From NCBI GenBank assembly GCA_037447605.1, contig CM074815.1, positions 186,001-250,000 of the forward strand: 64,000 nucleotides of DNA. The letters run 5' to 3'. Numbering within the stretch: position 1 is the stretch's first letter; each line of letters opens with the position of its first letter. The notes under the pieces were generated by a model. It was not told the origin of the DNA. It did not search any database and saw nothing but the letters and a program-made list of their open reading frames with translations. Both the position numbers and the translations under genes were made by a program. The stretch comes from Zygnema circumcarinatum SAG 698-1b. Its lineage: Eukaryota; Plantae; Zygnematophyceae. Shown piece by piece: positions 57,801-64,000 of this stretch.

Positions 57801-60800
57801 CTCCCTTCCCCTTGACCTCTACTGACATCCTTTGCTCAACCAAGGTTTCAATATACACGGGCAATGATTCCGGATGTACTGTGGCCCTATTCCCAACCCT
57901 AACAATGGCAGGTTTATAAAATTCTCCATCTCGTCCATACACCCCATGCTTGCTCAAACGAGCAACTAATTCATCCACAGCAGCATTAGATTGGGCACAA
58001 ACTAAAACCCTAGATTTTCCCTTCCTCTGCCAGGATCCGCTACTGAAATGATCTCCCTCAACACCGCTTTCTCTCCCACCCCTTCCCATATCTGCCTCCT
58101 CTCTCACCATCTCCTTAGCACAGAGAGCTGCCTGCCATGACTTAGTCAAAAGGGCTGTCTCCTCCGCCTTCGACATTGGCTTGTTTCGTGAATTTTTTTG
58201 GGTCTGCCCTGTGCTTCTCCTATCCCAAACCAATCGCCCGTTTTGAAGATTTGCAGGCTGCTCGCTGTAGGCTGAAGTTTTCTGCTGCCCGACTGCCAGC
58301 AATGCACTCACAATAGCCAATATAGTGCGAGTTTTGCCGGTACCTGCACCATTCACAGTCAGACAGCGAGGTAAGGAGATGTAAACATAGGAAAAAATAT
58401 TCACATTTTTTCTTGTATGGTGTAGACTGCTTCCATTAGAAACATTTCACCTTCAATTAGGATGTTTCATGTGATGATTTCATGTTGTTTCTGTTTGATT
58501 TTTTCTTGCTTCCCTCACCTGGAGGACCCTGTATGAGTGCCAACTGGTGACCTCCTCCCCCTCCCTCCCTCCTCCCTACCGCTGCTCCCACTGCCTGCAG
58601 CTGTGGCTCATTATAGTCACTCTGAAGCTGCTTCCTCAGCTGCTCGGGCAGCACCTCTAAATTTTTCAGCGCCTGCCCGCTCGAGGGCCCCCCATGCGTC
58701 CCCTTCCCGTCGAGCAGTGTGGGCAGCAACGGAAAATTCCGGGCAGCTGCCAAAGCCTGAAACTCTCTCTGCTGTGGGACCATACTTAGCAGCTTTGAAG
58801 CATACCATTTGCTGCGATCCTTTAGAAGGGAATTTGCAGCACTAAGTCTCGGATTTGAGAGAGGGAGGAAGAGCTTCAGCTGAACTAAAGTACCCCGAGT
58901 TTTCAGCTCCCTTTCCCGCCTTTCTACCTGAAAAAAAAGAAGATTCAAGTGATAATATGAAAAAAAAAAGTAGAGTAAAAGAGTACAAAAGCGGGTTTTT
59001 CCGAAGAAATCACAAATCCGTCTAAAACGAGTTTCGAACCGCCAGTCTGAATCCATGAAAGTTAACAAGTTCTGAATTCTGCCATTGATTGATAAAGTTT
59101 AAGTTTTTGTACCTTTGCAAGGCAATGCACACTTCCAGGGGCTTTTTCTATTGACAATTTGCTCAGGAGGAGGAGATCTCCCTCAACCCAAGTTCTTGCT
59201 GCTGCATCTGCTCCGGCCTCTGCTATAAACCTTCCCATAGAAAATTCATCCACCTTTTCGACAGACATTAATCGCAGAATTCCTTGAGCCATAGGATTTG
59301 CAGACCCTCCACCCTTCATCTCATCATGAGATCGTTGGAGCTGAGCCTTAAATTCTTCCAAAAGAAGCGGTCGAAAAGTAAGAATATATTTTTCTGCAGA
59401 TTCAAAGGTTACTGGGACTCGTTTCAGCTCATCTGCCTTAGGATCAACTTCCAAAGCGGTTTTTTGAGTTACCCCAACAACTTTGAAGTAATCAATTTGA
59501 AGAACTCTCTTATACCAGTCGTTGAGCTTCGGTGGTGGAGCCCTTCCCTTTCCTCTCCCGGTCAAATTTCCCCCTCCTCCTCCCACTCCCCCTCCCTTCA
59601 TCGTCTCTGTTGGTAGAGAGAGTGTGATTACTTGACGCCTAGGTTTTCCGTCTCCCATTCCCACAGGCTTAAGAGATGGAGGAGGCCTCCATTGAGCTCC
59701 ATCTAAAGCAGAATCAAAGGCAGAATCATCACTCACAAGCCCAAATGGTACAGCATTTCCCTGTAATTTTCCCTTTCCTCCAAGGCCAAAATCTCCTTTC
59801 ACCAGGCTTCCTCTGCTTCCCACTATCTCTTTCTCAGAGGTTGTGATTCCCAAAACATCTCCTTCGTCCCTAATCCCAGTTCCTCTTGCAGATGATTTCT
59901 CTTCACCTTCATTCCACCCTCTCTCTCCATTCCCTTCCTCTCCCTCCTCTCTCTCTCTCCCCTCCCCCTTTCCAGACTTGCCCTGCTGAACTCTCTCTAG
60001 TACCTGTCTCTTCACCTCAATCTGAGCTTCCTTCTTCTGCCCTACCTCCACCTTATGTTCTGCCCTAAGTTCTGCAAGCTTTGATATAGCCCCTCCCACC
60101 TTTTTGGCACGTGTGGGTAAGTTAGAGCTTCTTGCTCCTCTCTTACTCCAGCCCATCCCTCCAAGCCCTCCACCTACAGCCTTATGCACAGCCCCACCTC
60201 CCCCTCTCTCCCTCTCTCCCTCTTCTCCTGCCCTCTCTCTCCCCACCCTTCGGGCCGCCAGCTCTGAACGCTTCAGTAATTCGCCTAGTGTTACCACCTT
60301 CTTCGAACTCTTAGTTGCCGTTCTCACTATGCCAGTTCCAACTAGTCCACTTTGAGATTTCGAGGAAGTCTTTTCTTTTATTGAGACGGATGAAAACACC
60401 TCTATGACATCATTATTACTCTTGTCATTCTGACTGTCCGGAACTACCTCTTCATCTATCTCATCATCGTCATCCTCATCTTCATCAGTTTCCCATTTCT
60501 CATCTATATCCGTCCCTCTCCGTCCTTCAATATCCCGACCTCCTGCCTGCTCCTCCTGCATTCCCCTCTCCTCCTTCCCTCTTGCTCCCTCTCTTTTCTT
60601 CTCCCCTTCATTTTCCGCTTTGAATGGCCGAATCCCCAATCTGGTTTTGAGAAAACTTGCATTTTCATCAGTCCATTCATGTTCTCTCCCTCTCTCTTCC
60701 GCGTCACTCAAGTCGACCAATTGAATCCCTTTCGTTGCCTGCATATGTGCGGGTTCTAATTTGCCAGAAATAGAGCGCGAAGGAAGGTCCTCTAAGGAAC

Positions 60801-62383
60801 CCCGCCTCATATTTCCAGGGGCAGGTAACGCTGAGAGAGTCTCTGTCAACTTAAGCCTTTCCTGATCGCTTAATATTGTACCTAAAAACAGAAACAGAAG
60901 CCACATTGAATACTCAATATGCATCTTCATAGCTGCTATACTTCTCCCTTCTGCATTATTCAAAAATGAGCCGAAAGAGGTCCAGTAAAATGACGAAAAG
61001 ACAAAGCAAAAGGAGAGTGAAGATTGTTTTTTACCTGAATCGATCAAATTTTGTACCAATTTCAATGCTTCCTCCGAGAAAGGCTCGCCCGTAGCCTGCA
61101 TCTCTGAACAAATTGAGACAACAGAATTGGCCCACTGCTTTTTTGCTGCCCAATTTCCGATTTCACTCCACTTGAGCAAATCCTCCAGCCAGTCACCATG
61201 CCCTTGCCAGGTGGCGCCATAGTATTGGTGGGCCAGCTCAGCTCGTACAGAGGGAGACAAATAACGCCTGGCTATTGTGAGGATGCCGAAAATTTGTTCA
61301 TAAATTTTCTGCAAAAAAGAAAGAGAAGCTTCAGAATGCTTTTGATCCTCATAAAGGGAGAAATCACACATTTGACCACATTCTTTGCACTTTATTTATC
61401 TGGAAGTAAACTAAATTCGAGGATGAGACAGAGAGAGGGAGGTGGAGAGAGAGCACGCACGCGCACACGCGTGAGAGCGAGGGAGAGAGACACAGAGAGA
61501 GAGACATAGAGAGTGGGAGAAAGAGAGAGAGAATGAGATCAAGTTGTACCTGGTAGGCCTGAACAGCTCCAAAGGTTCGACCTGCCTTAAGAAATTCAAC
61601 CATGAATGGCCACATGGCCTTTGCCAGCTGTCGACAGACTGATTGCCGCTCATCCTCCCCCTCCCTTTTCTCTGATTGGTTTCGGTTGCCAAGTGTCAGC
61701 CTCTGATTGGCAGAAAACTGCTCCTTCACGAAGCCTCCGGGAGCTGCCGGAGCTCCATCTGGCAGTGTAACGGAGGTCACAGGGTCGAAGTAACGGCGCA
61801 CATAGAACAGCAACATTTGGAGGCGGTTTTTTGACTTGGGAAGCGGAACACTTGCAAGCTGAAAAAAGAAAAAAACTACATTACAAGGGAGGCAGGAAAA
61901 AGTAGCTGGGGTTGAGAAAGCTTCTCTTCTTTGTCACTGAGTTTTTAGAGCAACGTTCATCGTGAAAAATGTAAGACAAACCCCAGGGGAAGGTTGCCCT
62001 ACCAAAGCAATCTACACTGAGGAAGGCGAGAAGGGGATGGGGGAAAGAAGGAGGAGGGAAAGAAGCGAGCGAGGGAGTGGGACAGATTGTGAAGGAGTAT
62101 GGAAAGAAGGAAACAGGGGAGAAAGCAAGAAGAGAAAACACGAGTGACGAATGAGGGGAGGGGGGAACGGAACGAGGGGAAGACTCATCGGGGGAGGAAA
62201 GAGAGCGAGAGGGAACAGAGAGGGGGATGGGAGGAGGGTTACCAAGGAGGCAATCCGTCGAACCCCTCTAGCCAAAGCTCCTCCCGCTCCTATTCCTGAA
62301 ATGAGTTGAGTAATGAGAGTAGACATGTTCCAATCCCCTCCACTGAAATGGGCCAATGCTTCTCTCGCTGCATCTCGGGCTCC
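51861..62383 (-). CDS. SEN1: SEN1/senataxin-like SF1B RNA/DNA helicase, 5'-partial (>2760 aa in window) with a ~1100-aa charged C-terminal tail
   Basis: Exons (minus) 62383-62243, 61858-61550, 61308-61035, 60881-59113, 58927-58519, 58343-57181, 56717-56652, 56436-56311, 56082-55835, 55650-51861; upstream exons lie beyond the window. Motifs: VPVTFESA.KYILTFRPLLLEE, YNEPQLQA, LIQGPPGTGKT, LVCAQSNAAVDEL, IIDEAAQALEP, VGDPKQLPATV, YERSMFERLQ, QYRMHPEI..FPS..FY, GIITPY, EFNTVDGFQGREVD, GFVADVRRMNVALTRAR. Confidence 0.93.
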
Positions 62384-62586
62384 CTGCAGAGCATATGGCA
62401 AAGCTTAGGACGGAGCTGACGGAGCGGGGTGGGGGGGAGGGGGAAGATAGAAAGTGAAGGAGAAAAAAGGGAGAGAAAGAGTGAGGAGAGAGGAAGGGGG
62501 AGCGAGTCAATCTGAGACAGAGCAAGCACACTGAGCATACATGTTTATAAAAACATAAGAGAGAGAGCAGAGAGCAGGCAGGCTTA

Positions 62587-64000
<1,414 letters not shown>

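Overview
Eukaryotic, intron-rich nuclear DNA from a streptophyte green plant. A streptophyte alga is my inference from the gene families and the CT/GA-microsatellite-filled introns; the species cannot be determined. Eight spliced genes were reconstructed by hand with phase-consistent GT-AG introns. In order: a divergent BSK-type pseudokinase-TPR gene (-), nCBP/class II eIF4E (+, with an apparent 1-nt frameshift in its last exon), a DUF1118/RIQ-like thylakoid protein (+), a LACS4/5-type acyl-CoA synthetase (+), a ~1250-aa orphan (+), PRMT7 (-), ferredoxin-nitrite reductase (+) and the 3' part of a very large SEN1/senataxin-like helicase (-). Most long ORFs in the supplied track are artefacts of simple repeats. 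The strongest non-obvious signal is a recurring NF-Y/bZIP ER-stress-element module (CCAAT-N9-CCACG). It forms an inverted pair at the centre of a 938-bp long-TIR transposon with an exact 8-bp TSD, a tandem pair upstream of LACS, and an ERSE-II near the window start. Other leads are an ABRE array at the BSK start, dense GTAC (SBP-core) clusters, G-rich tracts directly after 5 of 8 stop codons, and a PRMT7 intron bounded by a 16-bp direct repeat. No rRNA, tRNA or CRISPR array was seen. All regulatory interpretations are untested hypotheses.
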